From Robiginitomaculum sp. (lineage in GTDB: Bacteria > Pseudomonadota > Alphaproteobacteria > Caulobacterales > Maricaulaceae): a DNA stretch of 59,162 bases. The stretch is from the NCBI GenBank assembly GCA_016763185.1, contig JAESUG010000047.1, positions 1-59,162 on the forward strand. The letters run 5' to 3'. Numbering within the stretch: the stretch's first letter is position 1; the number at the start of each line of letters is the position of its first letter. The position numbers and the translations under genes are program-made. The notes under the pieces were generated by a model that did no database searches, was not told where the DNA came from, and saw only the letters and a list, made by a program, of their open reading frames with translations. Of the stretch, positions 9,974-20,111 are shown piece after piece.

Positions 9974-11071
9974 TTACGCGAGCTTCTCGCCTTCAAATTT
10001 TTGCCGCATCTGCCAAAATCGCAATGTCCGTCCCGCCGCGCCTTCGGGAATAGCTAGGTATAATTCGCGAAGCTTGCCTGAATTACCCATATTGCTTTGC
10101 TCGTCCTTACTGGTCAACAAAGCAATGGTGGTAAAAAGCGAGGGATCAAACCCAATGGCCCGACAAATCAATGCTAAACCGTTGACATCTTGACGTTGCA
10201 AAATGCGGTCGACCGTTTGGTAGTCGATTTTAGCCAACGCTGCCAGCCCAAGGGTGAATTTAAGGCGATCATTGTCCCGCTCAAACTTGAGCAACTGGGT
10301 GCCATCCAATACACCTTGTTGCTGTAAGGTTGTAATTTCGCTGTGGGCAGCAGGGTATCCGGTTGGCAGCGTATCTGTTGGTTTGGTGATTTGCGTTTTG
10401 GCTTGGCTGAAGGCTTGTTGCAGCAATTTGGGGTCGATCTCTTCATTTCGAGCTAAAATACGTGCCCGTACTTTTTCTTCGGCAAATAGATACATGTCGT
10501 TCATTAGGTCAGCTGGCAAATCAGGATGCTCAACCAATGGCGTTTGTAGGGCGGGTACTTGTTCTGAACGGGCAACCAAAGTTTGCATGGATGGGCGGTC
10601 AATTTGTGCGCCGTGATTGCTGACCAATGTGACCAAGGTTTGATCATTTCCGTGTTCGATCAATTGTCGGGTAATGCCCTGACTTAAGGCGCCACGAGTT
10701 GAAATGGCTTGCATATGCTGTTGTCTGCCACTGATGATAATATCGGTTAGTTGCGTATCTTGCAAAATCGGTGAATGGCGCAGAACCGGGCCAGCAATGT
10801 CGATCTCGTCATTGGCGAGTTGTCGCAATAATTGCAATGGACCTACGGGTTCTTTAGCGAAGCGCCCGGCCATTTCTTTTCGCACTTCTTTGTGCATTTC
10901 TTGGGTGACGATAGCCAATATCTCCCCAAAATGTTCACTTTCGACATCGGAGCATGTTGCTTGCGTGGAAAAATACAAATCGGTCACATCACGCAAGAGT
11001 TCTCGCCGGCGCTCTGACGATGTTTCCTTGGCAAGTTCCGCTAGTTTTAGCAAGCCCGGTGACTGGGTCAT
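9974..11071 (-). CDS. DUF2336-like alphaproteobacterial protein (helical repeat)
   Basis: SSERRRELLRDVTDLYFS and repeated helical segments resemble DUF2336 proteins as I recall them. The ORF opens at 11158. Met codons at 11092 and 11071 are more likely starts, and 11071 avoids overlap with the upstream gene. Confidence 0.5.
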   Translation of the reverse strand: MTQSPGLLKLAELAKETSSERRRELLRDVTDLYFSTQATCSDVESEHFGEILAIVTQEMHKEVRKEMAGRFAKEPVGPLQLLRQLANDEIDIAGPVLRHSPILQDTQLTDIIISGRQQHMQAISTRGALSQGITRQLIEHGNDQTLVTLVSNHGAQIDRPSMQTLVARSEQVPALQTPLVEHPDLPADLMNDMYLFAEEKVRARILARNEEIDPKLLQQAFSQAKTQITKPTDTLPTGYPAAHSEITTLQQQGVLDGTQLLKFERDNDRLKFTLGLAALAKIDYQTVDRILQRQDVNGLALICRAIGFDPSLFTTIALLTSKDEQSNMGNSGKLRELYLAIPEGAAGRTLRFWQMRQKFEGEKLA

Positions 11072-11081
11072 GACCACTTTT

Positions 11082-11468
11082 TCAGTCTCCATAAAATGGT
11101 ACTCGCCTGCTTTGCGGATATGAAGGTGTAATCCTTCTTGGGTTAAAACCAGTATCAATCTGCCGTTCTAGTCGAACCGATAGTCCAGAGACGCAACACG
11201 GGCTGTATTGCCCCGGCGTAACGGCTGTTTTTAATGAGCACATGGCAAGCGGTCCAGACACGCCAGGGCGCTCCCACGTCCAAGCTAAGCACCGCTCGTC
11301 ATCGGCACATAGCGACCAGCATCGATCTGGCCCTCCGGCGTTCACCGCGCCTCGAACATAGGTGGCGCCTGCTCGTTCGGTGTTGTTTTCGAACATTTGT
11401 GCCGAACTAGAATTTGGGCTGAAACTAAAAATACTGAGGATAAAAATAGTAAAAACAAACCGAAACAT
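11082..11468 (-). CDS. small secreted PAN/Apple-like domain protein
   Basis: AGGAG precedes ATG at 11466-11468. Signal peptide MFRFVFTIFILSIFSFSPNSSSAQ. Cys pattern CWSLCADDERCLAWTW...CSLK...CC. Confidence 0.5.
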   Translation of the reverse strand: MFRFVFTIFILSIFSFSPNSSSAQMFENNTERAGATYVRGAVNAGGPDRCWSLCADDERCLAWTWERPGVSGPLAMCSLKTAVTPGQYSPCCVSGLSVRLERQIDTGFNPRRITPSYPQSRRVPFYGD

Positions 11469-11572
11469 GAGATATCTCCTGCACATTAGGCATCAATTTG
11501 CCCGCAAGCCCTTAAAAAAGGTTCAACAAACAAGAGTTAGAAACGGTTTTGTTTGGCGGATTTAGGTTTAAT

Positions 11573-13516
11573 CTATTGGACGTTGTTTGTTGTTTCTAAT
11601 GCGCCAAAAATAAGGGCTAGATCTCGGTAATACGCGGCACGACCTTCATCCACCTCGGATAACAATTGTGGAGCCGGCGACTGTAGGTGCTTGATAGGTA
11701 GTCCATCATGGGCTGCTCGCATGAACATTGCCCAGACCTTCGCCGGCAACTGGCCGCCCGTGACCTTGGACATGGAGGAATTATCATCATTGCCAACCCA
11801 AACCCCGGTGGTCATTTGAGCGCTATAACCAACAAACCAAGCATCGCGCCATTGCTGTGATGTACCGGTTTTACCAGCGACTTGCCGCCCAGGTATTTGG
11901 GCGGCCCTGCCGGTGCCCGCTAGCACGACCTCTTGCATCATGCTGGTCATGGTTTGGGCGTGAGCCTCATCAAATACCCGCCGTGGTGGCAATTCGGGGC
12001 GCTGAAATAATACATCCCCACGAGACGACGTGATTTTTTCAATCAGATAACTTTCTTGTAAATTACCAGTATTGGCAAACACTGCAAATGCTTGGGTTAA
12101 ATCCCATAACGTGACTTCTTGGGCGCCTAACGCAATTGACGGGAGCCCCTCAAGGGGGCCAGAGACACCAAAGCGAGTAGCAAGACTGGCGACGCGATGT
12201 GCCCCAATTTCATCGGTTACTTGTGCTGCAACCGTGTTGATTGAGCGGCGAAATGCCTCACGAAAGGTCACCCGACCTCGGTATCCGCCGTCGTAATTTC
12301 CGGGCGACCAACCGGCAATTTCAATCGGCTCGTCGCGTCGAATACTGGTCGAACGGATGCCAACTTCCAATGCTGCAGCATAGACAAATGCCTTAAATGC
12401 GGATCCCGGTTGGCGTTTGGCCGAAACCGCTCGGTTAAACTGACTGGTTTCATAACTTACCCCACCAACCAAAGCGCGCACAGCGCCGCTGTGATCGGTT
12501 GTGATCATAGCCAATTGGGTTGCGTTGCGCGATACGCCTTCTTTTTTGAACATCTCGACGATAGGGCCGTCGGCAATGGCTTGTAACTTGGGGTCAATGG
12601 TGGTTGCAATCACCAAAGCCGGGATCCGGCCGCCGGTAAATTTCATGGCGCGTTGGGTGGCCAAATCAAATATATATCCGTGGGGTTCTCGTTCAATGGA
12701 CGGTAATGGCAGTGCTGGATTTTGAATCGCGATCACGCGTTGGTCTTCACGAATAAATCCGGCTTCTACCATGGTTGCCAATACGATTTTGGCGCGGGCA
12801 GCCGCCTGCTCTGGGTGTAAATGTGGAGCAAATCGACTGGGCGCTTTGGGAAGAGCGGCAAGCATAGCAGCTTCGGACAAGTTTAGCTCAGTGACAGGTT
12901 TTTGAAAATAGCGCTCCGCCGCAGCCGTAATTCCATACGCTCGGTTCCCAAAGTAAATTCGGTTAAGATACAGCGTTAAAATATCATCCTTGCTCAATCG
13001 TTTCTCTAATTTTCGCGCCAACCGCATTTCGTGTAGTTTTCGTTTGATGCTTTGCTCGGGGCTTAATAATAATAGTTTGACTATTTGCTGGGTAATGGTC
13101 GAGCCGCCCTGGGCGATGCGCCCCGCTTGCAAATTGGCAAATGCCGCACGAATGATACCTTTTTTATCAACCCCATCGTGCTCAAAAAAACGTTGATCTT
13201 CAATGGCTAAAAATGCTTGCACCACATGCTCTGGTATGTCGCCCATCGGTATGATCTGGCTGTAATGCGGACCTCTGGTCGCCAAGACATCACCATTTTT
13301 ATCAAGCAGGACAAATGACGGCTCTTTGCCAATGGACCACAAAACGTTGATATCTTCGGGTAAGTTCGGCGCGTCATGATAAAAATAGCGTTGGACTGCA
13401 ATAAAACCCACCAAACATATCAACACCAAGCTGACTAAGGTCCAAAGCCAAAAGCTTCTTCGGCGGTTCTTGCGAATTTCTTCAACGCGGTGCAAATCAA
13501 CCCGGAATGTTTTCAT
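11573..13516 (-). CDS. class A penicillin-binding protein (glycosyltransferase GT51 + transpeptidase), PBP1A family
   Basis: N-terminal TM segment. AIEDQRFFEHDGVD and GGSTITQQ (GT51). SAFK (SxxK), SIN (SxN) and KTGTS (KTG) transpeptidase motifs. Confidence 0.9.
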   Translation of the reverse strand: MKTFRVDLHRVEEIRKNRRRSFWLWTLVSLVLICLVGFIAVQRYFYHDAPNLPEDINVLWSIGKEPSFVLLDKNGDVLATRGPHYSQIIPMGDIPEHVVQAFLAIEDQRFFEHDGVDKKGIIRAAFANLQAGRIAQGGSTITQQIVKLLLLSPEQSIKRKLHEMRLARKLEKRLSKDDILTLYLNRIYFGNRAYGITAAAERYFQKPVTELNLSEAAMLAALPKAPSRFAPHLHPEQAAARAKIVLATMVEAGFIREDQRVIAIQNPALPLPSIEREPHGYIFDLATQRAMKFTGGRIPALVIATTIDPKLQAIADGPIVEMFKKEGVSRNATQLAMITTDHSGAVRALVGGVSYETSQFNRAVSAKRQPGSAFKAFVYAAALEVGIRSTSIRRDEPIEIAGWSPGNYDGGYRGRVTFREAFRRSINTVAAQVTDEIGAHRVASLATRFGVSGPLEGLPSIALGAQEVTLWDLTQAFAVFANTGNLQESYLIEKITSSRGDVLFQRPELPPRRVFDEAHAQTMTSMMQEVVLAGTGRAAQIPGRQVAGKTGTSQQWRDAWFVGYSAQMTTGVWVGNDDNSSMSKVTGGQLPAKVWAMFMRAAHDGLPIKHLQSPAPQLLSEVDEGRAAYYRDLALIFGALETTNNVQ

Positions 13517-13590
13517 TTCGCTCTTTACATCGAAATGTTCTGTTCGAAAAGGCTAGCGGTGCAGCCATCATAGGGTTATGAGGCTTTGGT

Positions 13591-14043
13591 ATGACTGATT
13601 TTTGGAAAACCCTGCCGCTCGCGGATTGGACCAAGGCGCAATGGGAGTCGCTTTGTGACGGTTGTGGCAAATGCTGTATGATCCGCCTTGAAGACGAGGA
13701 CACCAGCGTGGTTCATACCACCAATGTAGCTTGCAAATTATTTCAACGGACCGATTGCAAATGCACCGATTATGCAAATCGTAGCAAACGAGTGCCCGAT
13801 TGCGTGACTTTAACCCCGCAAAATGTACATGAATTATATTGGATGCCTGATACGTGTGCATACCGATTGGTGGCTGCGGGCGAAGATCTGCCGGACTATC
13901 ATCATTTGGTCAGTACCAAGCGAAAAACCATCCATGAAGCGGGCATGTCGGTGCAAGATCGTTCCGTTTGTGAAAGCGAGATTAAGCAAACTGAGCTAGA
14001 AGACTATCTTGTAACCTGGCCCGGCGAGAAGCCGCGGGGATAG
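13591..14043 (+). CDS. ycgN: UPF0260 / YcgN-family cysteine-cluster protein
   Basis: CDGCGKCC...ACKLF...CKCTDY Cys cluster and a length of 150 aa. Confidence 0.75.
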   Translation: MTDFWKTLPLADWTKAQWESLCDGCGKCCMIRLEDEDTSVVHTTNVACKLFQRTDCKCTDYANRSKRVPDCVTLTPQNVHELYWMPDTCAYRLVAAGEDLPDYHHLVSTKRKTIHEAGMSVQDRSVCESEIKQTELEDYLVTWPGEKPRG

Positions 14044-14241
14044 TTTGGGTTTCCCAGCCAAGATTAGCTTTGAAAACCAATTAAAAATCAACCACCTACA
14101 ACAAAATTCCAACAACTAATACCACCGAGCTAGGGATCGGCTATAGTTCACTCACTGTCCCAAATAGGGCTTTAAACAGTTTCGGGCTTTTGCCCACTTC
14201 TTCAATCACAATTTGAGTTCGGGGCAGGCTCTTGGGAGCAT

Positions 14242-15582
14242 ATGCCATTGTCCATATCACCAAGCGAATTTCACGCTTCTGATTTGATTAAATTTGAACC
14301 AGAAAGAATTAACTGGGCCATTCACAATTTACCAACTGGAGTTGCGAGCCAATTGCTGCGGAACTGGCGATTTTGGGCACGCCCTGATCAAATCCCACCA
14401 ATTGGAGTTTGGTCGAGTTGGGTATTGTTAGGCGGACGTGGGTCTGGAAAAACCAGAGCCGGTGCCGAATGGGTTCGAGCACTGGCCGAACAACCACAAA
14501 GCATAAAGTACGACCGACCCTTACGCATCGCTTTGGTCGCACCGACCATTCATGATGCCAGAGAGGTGATGATTGACGGTAATTCCGGGCTTCGTTCCAT
14601 ATCTTGCCCGCGCAATCGCCCGAAATATTTTGCTTCAAGGCGGCAGTTAAAATGGAAAAATGGAACCGTTGCTCAAGTGTTCTCCGCCGAAGATGCGGAT
14701 GGCTTGCGTGGGTCGCAATTTGATGCGGCATGGGCCGATGAATTTTGCGCTTGGAAAAACCCGGCGCATTGCTTGGCAATGTTGCGTATGGGATTGCGCT
14801 TGGGAAAACACCCGCAATTGGTCATCACCACTACGCCGCGACCATTGCCGGCGTTAAAAGCCTTGCTTGCGGAGCCAGGCTTGGTGCTAACCAAAGCTAA
14901 AACCCGCGACAATCCGCATTTGTCGCATTCGTTTTTAACTGGGTTGGAGGCGTTATACGGCGGAACGGTTTTGGGCCGTCAGGAATTAGGTGGCGAGCTG
15001 ATTGATGACCCCGTTGGGGCGTTGTGGAAGCGTTCGCAAATCGAACAGATTATCGGTCAGGCACCGGATGATTTTTTACGAATTGTGGTGGCCGTCGATC
15101 CACCCGCTAGCGCCGGTCCAAATGCCGCCGCGTGTGGCATTGTGGTCGCCGGGATTACCGATGAAGGCAAACACCAAAAAGCATGGGTGCTGGCGGATCG
15201 AACGGTGCAAGGGTTACAGCCATCTGAATGGGCCAAAGCGGTAGCCGATGCATGGCAAGACTTTGCCGCCGATAGAATTATTGCCGAGGCCAACCAAGGC
15301 GGTGAAATGGTTCGAACCATTTTGCAATTGGTGGATAAAAACTTGCCGATCACCTTGGTCCATGCCCGTCGCGGTAAATATGTTCGGGCTGAGCCGATTG
15401 CGGCACTTTACGAACAAGGCCGTATTCGCCATGCGGCGCGGTTTGTCGAACTTGAAGACCAGATGTGCCGGTTTGGAGCCGAAGGAAAAATGGCCTCACC
15501 GGATCGCTTAGATGCATTGGTTTGGGCGCTCTGGTCATTGCTGTTGGACGGGGTTGGTTCACCCAGAATGCGCGTGTTGTAA
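14242..15582 (+). CDS. GTA large terminase (g2 equivalent)
   Basis: 446 aa. Walker A-like LLGGRGSGKTRAG. A C-terminal nuclease-like region contains VAVDP. First gene of the cluster. Confidence 0.85.
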   Translation: MPLSISPSEFHASDLIKFEPERINWAIHNLPTGVASQLLRNWRFWARPDQIPPIGVWSSWVLLGGRGSGKTRAGAEWVRALAEQPQSIKYDRPLRIALVAPTIHDAREVMIDGNSGLRSISCPRNRPKYFASRRQLKWKNGTVAQVFSAEDADGLRGSQFDAAWADEFCAWKNPAHCLAMLRMGLRLGKHPQLVITTTPRPLPALKALLAEPGLVLTKAKTRDNPHLSHSFLTGLEALYGGTVLGRQELGGELIDDPVGALWKRSQIEQIIGQAPDDFLRIVVAVDPPASAGPNAAACGIVVAGITDEGKHQKAWVLADRTVQGLQPSEWAKAVADAWQDFAADRIIAEANQGGEMVRTILQLVDKNLPITLVHARRGKYVRAEPIAALYEQGRIRHAARFVELEDQMCRFGAEGKMASPDRLDALVWALWSLLLDGVGSPRMRVL

Positions 15583-15604
15583 AATTTTTAACAAGGGATA
15601 CTCA

Positions 15605-16762
15605 ATGTTTGGTTTTGGACAAAAAACGCCGGTGCAACCACCGGAACAAAAAGCCGATAGCGTTCGGCACTTAATCGCCTATCAAGCCGCCGCTGGTGCC
15701 GTTTGGACCCCGCGCAGCTATCAAGCCTTGGCCCGCGAAGGCTTTATGCGAAATGCCGTGGTGTATCGCTGTGTGCGAATGATTTGCGAGGCTGCGGCCT
15801 CTGTTCCCATGACCTGTGCGCGGCCAGATGTGGCAGCGTTATTGGGTGAACCAAATACGGAACAAAGCGGGACAGAGTTTTTTGAGAGCTTGTACGGCTA
15901 TTTATTATTGGCTGGAAACGGTTATTTGGAAATGGTCGAGGCCGGGGGCGAGCTACACGAACTGCACGTTTTACGCCCAGACCGAATGAAAGTAATTGTT
16001 GACAAATCGGGTCGACCTTCGGGTTGGGAATACGCGGTTGGTGGACGAAAAATCCAATTACCACGAGATTTCGTCGACGGCCGTAATCCAATTTTGCACA
16101 TCAAATTATTTCATCCCGACAATGACCATTACGGCATGAGCCCCTTAGAGGCCGCCGCCTGTGCGGTCGATATCCATAACGCTGGCGCGGTGTGGAACAA
16201 GTCGATGCTCGACAATGCCGCACGGCCCTCCGGTGCGTTGGTGTTTCATAGTCAACAAGGAGATCATTTAAGCGATGAACAATTTGAGCGCTTAAAACAC
16301 GAATTAGAATCCAATCATCAAGGGGCCAAAAATGCCGGAAGACCGCTCTTGCTAGAAGGCGGATTAGACTGGAAACCAATGGCATTAAGCCCAACGGATA
16401 TGGATTTTTTAGACAGCCGTCATTCGTCGGCTCGTGAGATCGCGTTGGCATTTGGGGTGCCACCCATGCTGTTGGGTATTCCCGGCGACAATACGTATTC
16501 GAATTACCAAGAAGCCAATCGTGCTTTTTGGCGGCAAACCGTATTGCCCCTTACTCAAAAAACCGCGCGATCCTTACAAAACTGGCTGCAACATTGGTTT
16601 GACGGCGATGTTACACTGCAAGCCGACCATACGGACGTTCCAGCCTTACGCGAAGACCAAGCTGCGTTGTGGAAACGGGTTACGGATGCCGACTTTTTAA
16701 CGGCGGATGAAAAACGGGTTTTGGTTGCAGGTACATCTAAAAAACCTGGGGGAGGCACATGA
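15605..16762 (+). CDS. GTA portal protein, HK97 family (g3 equivalent)
   Basis: About 385 aa from Met 15605 (the ORF opens at 15512). Positioned after the terminase. FMRNAVVYRCVRMI and LPRDF...HIKLFHP blocks resemble HK97-type portals. Confidence 0.85.
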   Translation: MFGFGQKTPVQPPEQKADSVRHLIAYQAAAGAVWTPRSYQALAREGFMRNAVVYRCVRMICEAAASVPMTCARPDVAALLGEPNTEQSGTEFFESLYGYLLLAGNGYLEMVEAGGELHELHVLRPDRMKVIVDKSGRPSGWEYAVGGRKIQLPRDFVDGRNPILHIKLFHPDNDHYGMSPLEAAACAVDIHNAGAVWNKSMLDNAARPSGALVFHSQQGDHLSDEQFERLKHELESNHQGAKNAGRPLLLEGGLDWKPMALSPTDMDFLDSRHSSAREIALAFGVPPMLLGIPGDNTYSNYQEANRAFWRQTVLPLTQKTARSLQNWLQHWFDGDVTLQADHTDVPALREDQAALWKRVTDADFLTADEKRVLVAGTSKKPGGGT

Positions 16763-17016
16763 GCGCAATACGACAAGTAAACAACCAATGGCGGTTAAGC
16801 CGGCAATTGGGTTTGGCGGTTATTGCGACCGTGGTTTTGCAAGGTGCAACGGCATTGTTGTGGGCAGGACGTGCCGCCGAGCGGATCACGCAATTAGAGA
16901 TAAGAGTGGCAAGTCAACAAGATGTAGCAGAGCGACTGGCAAGATTAGAAACTCATATGGTGCAAACTAGGCAATCGCTGACCCGCATTGAAAGTCAGCT
17001 AGACGAACGCGAATAA
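16759..17016 (+). CDS. small GTA protein with one TM segment and a coiled coil (g3.5 equivalent)
   Basis: 85 aa. ATGA overlap with the portal stop. Positional equivalence to RcGTA g3.5. Confidence 0.6.
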   Translation: MSAIRQVNNQWRLSRQLGLAVIATVVLQGATALLWAGRAAERITQLEIRVASQQDVAERLARLETHMVQTRQSLTRIESQLDERE

Positions 17017-17043
17017 CCCTCGCTTAAAATCGGAAAATTTATA

Positions 17044-17481
17044 ATGAATTCCATGAGAAATTCCCTCGTGATTGAGGGCTATGCTTCGCGTTTTTTTAGA
17101 CGTGATTTGGCGGGCGATATTGTCCTACCTGGTGCATTTTCACGATCAATTGCCCAGCGAAACCCACGGGGTATCCGCATGTTATTCCAGCATGATGCTA
17201 GCGAGCCGGTTGGGATTTGGGATCAAATATTTGAAGACAATAAAGGTCTTTTTGTTCGCGGCCATATCATTGCAGATGGGCCACGCGGCAGAACCGCTTT
17301 GGCATTGGCCAAGCGTGGCTCGGTTGATGGTCTGTCCATTGGGTTTCGCACCCAACAAGCCCAGCCAAATGGCCGGGGCCGGGACCTAAACGAAATAGAT
17401 TTGTGGGAGGTGTCAATCGTCACTTTCCCGATGTTGCCGGAGGCGCGTTTTCGCGTCGCAGAGGCGTTACTACCAGCTTAA
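17044..17481 (+). CDS. HK97-family prohead protease (g4 equivalent)
   Basis: IEGYASRF...DIVLPGAF...MLFQHD...GLSIGF blocks. 145 aa. Confidence 0.85.
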   Translation: MNSMRNSLVIEGYASRFFRRDLAGDIVLPGAFSRSIAQRNPRGIRMLFQHDASEPVGIWDQIFEDNKGLFVRGHIIADGPRGRTALALAKRGSVDGLSIGFRTQQAQPNGRGRDLNEIDLWEVSIVTFPMLPEARFRVAEALLPA

Positions 17482-17517
17482 AAACTGGATCTTTCAAACT
17501 AACTTAGGAGAAACTAC

Positions 17518-18735
17518 GTGAAGAAAGAAACCAAAATGGCAGGCGCTAAGCCTGCGTCAAAGTCCGGTATGGAGGAGTTTTTGTGCGCCTTTGATGCTTT
17601 TAAACAAACCAATGATCAGCGGTTAGCCGAGATCGAAAAAAAGCAATACGCAGATGTTCTAACTACCGAAAAATTAGACCGTATTGATCTGGCAATGCAT
17701 GAACAAAAATCGGCGCTAGATCAAATGGCAATTCGCCGCGCTCGTCCTAGTTTGGAGCTTAGCCCCGCAATAGGTAACAACCCAGCATGGGATCGCTATA
17801 TGCGCCAAGGCGATGCCTCAAGGTTGACCGAACTAAAATCGCTCTCCGCCGGTAGTGATGTCGATGGCGGTTATGTTGCGCCGGACGAAACCCAAGTCGA
17901 GATTGACCGATTGCTACGTGAGGTTTCGCCTATTCGGGCCCTAGCCACCGTGCAGCAAACCAGCTCTGGTCTGTTACGAAAACCAGTAAGCCAAGGCGGT
18001 GCTAGTTCTGGTTGGGTGAGCGAAACAGCGGCCCGGCCTGAAACCTCTACCCCGACATTGGACTTGCTTGAGTTTCCAATGGCCGAGATTTACGCCATGC
18101 CTGCAACCACGCAAACCTTGCTCGATGATGCGGTGGTCAATGTCGATCAATGGCTGGCTGAAGAAGTGCGCGATGTGTTGGCTGCACAAGAAACCACTGC
18201 CTTTGTTGCTGGTGATGGCATTGCCAAACCTAGAGGCTTTTTGTCCTATACCAATGTCGAGCAAAGCGCTCATACATGGGGTCAAATCGGCTATGTGGCC
18301 ACTGGAACTGCGGGTGGGTTTGATGCGGGTAATCCGCTGGATGCCATCCTTGATCTGATCTATGCGCCGCAATCCGTTTATCGGCCCAATGGCCGCTTTG
18401 TGATGAACCGACGTACGGTTTCGGCAGTTCGTAAGTTCAAAGATGCCGATGGCAATTATATCTGGCAACCCGGCGCTGGCGCGGGGCAACCGTCCACCTT
18501 GCTTGGGTATTCAGTGACCGAGGTCGAGGACATGCCGGACATTGCAAATGATTCGTACTCAATGGCGTTTGGCGATTTTCGTCGAGGCTATCTGATTGTT
18601 GATCGCGCCGGCATTAACGTGGTGCGCGATCCGTATTCAGCCAAGCCATATGTCCTGTTTTATACCACCAAACGTGTTGGTGGTGGCATTCAAGATTTTA
18701 ACGCCATCAAGCTTTTGAAATTCGCCGTCAGCTAA
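17518..18735 (+). CDS. HK97-family major capsid protein (g5 equivalent)
   Basis: 405 aa. GTG start 7 nt after AGGAG. N-terminal coiled delta-like region, then a capsid body (GGYVAPDE..., YRPNGRFVMNR). Confidence 0.88.
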   Translation: MKKETKMAGAKPASKSGMEEFLCAFDAFKQTNDQRLAEIEKKQYADVLTTEKLDRIDLAMHEQKSALDQMAIRRARPSLELSPAIGNNPAWDRYMRQGDASRLTELKSLSAGSDVDGGYVAPDETQVEIDRLLREVSPIRALATVQQTSSGLLRKPVSQGGASSGWVSETAARPETSTPTLDLLEFPMAEIYAMPATTQTLLDDAVVNVDQWLAEEVRDVLAAQETTAFVAGDGIAKPRGFLSYTNVEQSAHTWGQIGYVATGTAGGFDAGNPLDAILDLIYAPQSVYRPNGRFVMNRRTVSAVRKFKDADGNYIWQPGAGAGQPSTLLGYSVTEVEDMPDIANDSYSMAFGDFRRGYLIVDRAGINVVRDPYSAKPYVLFYTTKRVGGGIQDFNAIKLLKFAVS

Positions 18736-18831
18736 CGCCCCTTATCCTGTTGGCGATGAGTGATCGGGCGCGTGACATGTTGCGCGCCCGATTGCGTTTA
18801 CCTTTGCATTTTCACAGATGGAGCCAAACTA

Positions 18832-19368
18832 ATGGCGATCAAAATCCTGGTAGAACCGGCAATTGAACCGGTGACATTGGCCGAGGCCAAAGCGTGGTTG
18901 CGGCTAGATCATTCAACAGAAGACGAATTAATTACCCAATTGGTTCGAACGGCCCGCACCCGTTCAGAAGCCGTAACATCACGGGCATTTATTACCCAAA
19001 CTGTGCAAGAAACCGGGGCAAAACCTAGCAAAACAGGTGTGATTGAGCTGGCCGTGAACCCGGTGCAGTCAGTTACGGGAGTTTCTGAAATTGGACCGGA
19101 CAATAGCGTCCAAATATTGGATGCATCGGCGTATATAATTGACCTTGATCAGGGCCGTATTTTACTGGGCAGAGGTCATTCAACTTCGGTTTATAAAATT
19201 CAATATATCGCTGGATATGGAAATGCGCCAAGTGATGTTCCTGCGCCGTTAAAAACGGCCATTTTGCTACAAACGGCATGGCTGTTTGAACGTCGCGACG
19301 AGAATGATAGTGCCATACCGTTTCCGGCCCAGTCTTTATTGGCTCGATATCGGCGGGTACGGCTATGA
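18832..19368 (+). CDS. gp6-like head-tail connector (g6 equivalent)
   Basis: From Met 18832: TLAEAKAWLRLDHSTEDELITQLVRTARTRSEAVTSRAF is the typical gp6-like N-terminus. Confidence 0.8.
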   Translation: MAIKILVEPAIEPVTLAEAKAWLRLDHSTEDELITQLVRTARTRSEAVTSRAFITQTVQETGAKPSKTGVIELAVNPVQSVTGVSEIGPDNSVQILDASAYIIDLDQGRILLGRGHSTSVYKIQYIAGYGNAPSDVPAPLKTAILLQTAWLFERRDENDSAIPFPAQSLLARYRRVRL

Positions 19369-19682
19369 GCGCCCTTCGAAGCCTGTCCGAACAAGTGATG
19401 TTGCAAACGCAAATCCTCACACCTGATAGTTCCGGTGGGCAAATGCGTGTTTGGCAAGATATGGCGCTGGTTTGGGCGGAGGTACGCCCGGCTTCTGCCA
19501 CTGAGGGGACTCGGCTCGGCGGTACGACTACGCGGCGTTTCATCAAAGTATTCATCCGAGATCGACCCGATATTGTACTGCCTTTACGTGTGATTTGGGA
19601 TGCCAAGGCATTGCGGGTTCTGGCCTTGCGAAACCGACCAATGGGACGGTTGGAAATAGAATGCGAGGAGATATTGCAATGA
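19365..19682 (+). CDS. head-tail adaptor / head closure protein (g7 equivalent)
   Basis: 105 aa. ATGA overlap. WQDMALVWAEVRPASATEG resembles the head-tail joining family. Confidence 0.7.
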   Translation: MSALRSLSEQVMLQTQILTPDSSGGQMRVWQDMALVWAEVRPASATEGTRLGGTTTRRFIKVFIRDRPDIVLPLRVIWDAKALRVLALRNRPMGRLEIECEEILQ

Positions 19683-20101
19683 GCAACAGCCCCGAATTAG
19701 CGCTACAAACAGCGGTGTTTTCACATGTGCAACAAGACGCAGGCGTGCAGGCCGCATTAACATTACCAGTACGATTATATGACGACCCGCCGCCATCACC
19801 AAGCTATCCGTTTGTCAGCTTTGGCCGCCATCAATCTCGTCCAATTGAGGGTGATGCAGAACCGGTATTGGAACAGGAGCTTAGCTTACACGTTTGGTCC
19901 CGATATGGCGGAAAAGCCGAGGCGCAGAATGTCTTGCATGCATTACGCGAAGCCTTGCAAACCATGCCGACCCAGATGAACGGGCATGTGCTTGTGGGAT
20001 TCCGGACCATTTTTTCCGATACGTTTCGGGCAAGAGACGGACGGGTTTTTCAAGCAGTACTGCGTTTGCGGGTGCTCACCCAACGAACAATTAATTCATG
20101 A
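19679..20101 (+). CDS. DUF3168-like tail completion protein (g8 equivalent)
   Basis: From Met 19679 (ATGA overlap with g7). LYDDPPPSPSYPFVSFG block. Confidence 0.7.
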   Translation: MSNSPELALQTAVFSHVQQDAGVQAALTLPVRLYDDPPPSPSYPFVSFGRHQSRPIEGDAEPVLEQELSLHVWSRYGGKAEAQNVLHALREALQTMPTQMNGHVLVGFRTIFSDTFRARDGRVFQAVLRLRVLTQRTINS

Positions 20102-20111
20102 GGAACATCAA

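Noticed and set aside
11082-11158. 77-nt overlap between the PAN-domain gene and the DUF2336-like ORF
   Set aside because: It is most likely an artefact of the longest-ORF start. Internal Met codons at 11092 and 11071 give a normal N-terminus, and 11071 removes the overlap.
14044-14241. Full CtrA boxes (TTAA-N7-TTAA) upstream of the GTA cluster. The regions 47560-47666 and 42567-42645 were also checked.
   Set aside because: Only isolated TTAA half-sites or wrong spacing (e.g. TTAA-N12-TTAA near 42630) were found, so there is no supportable full site.
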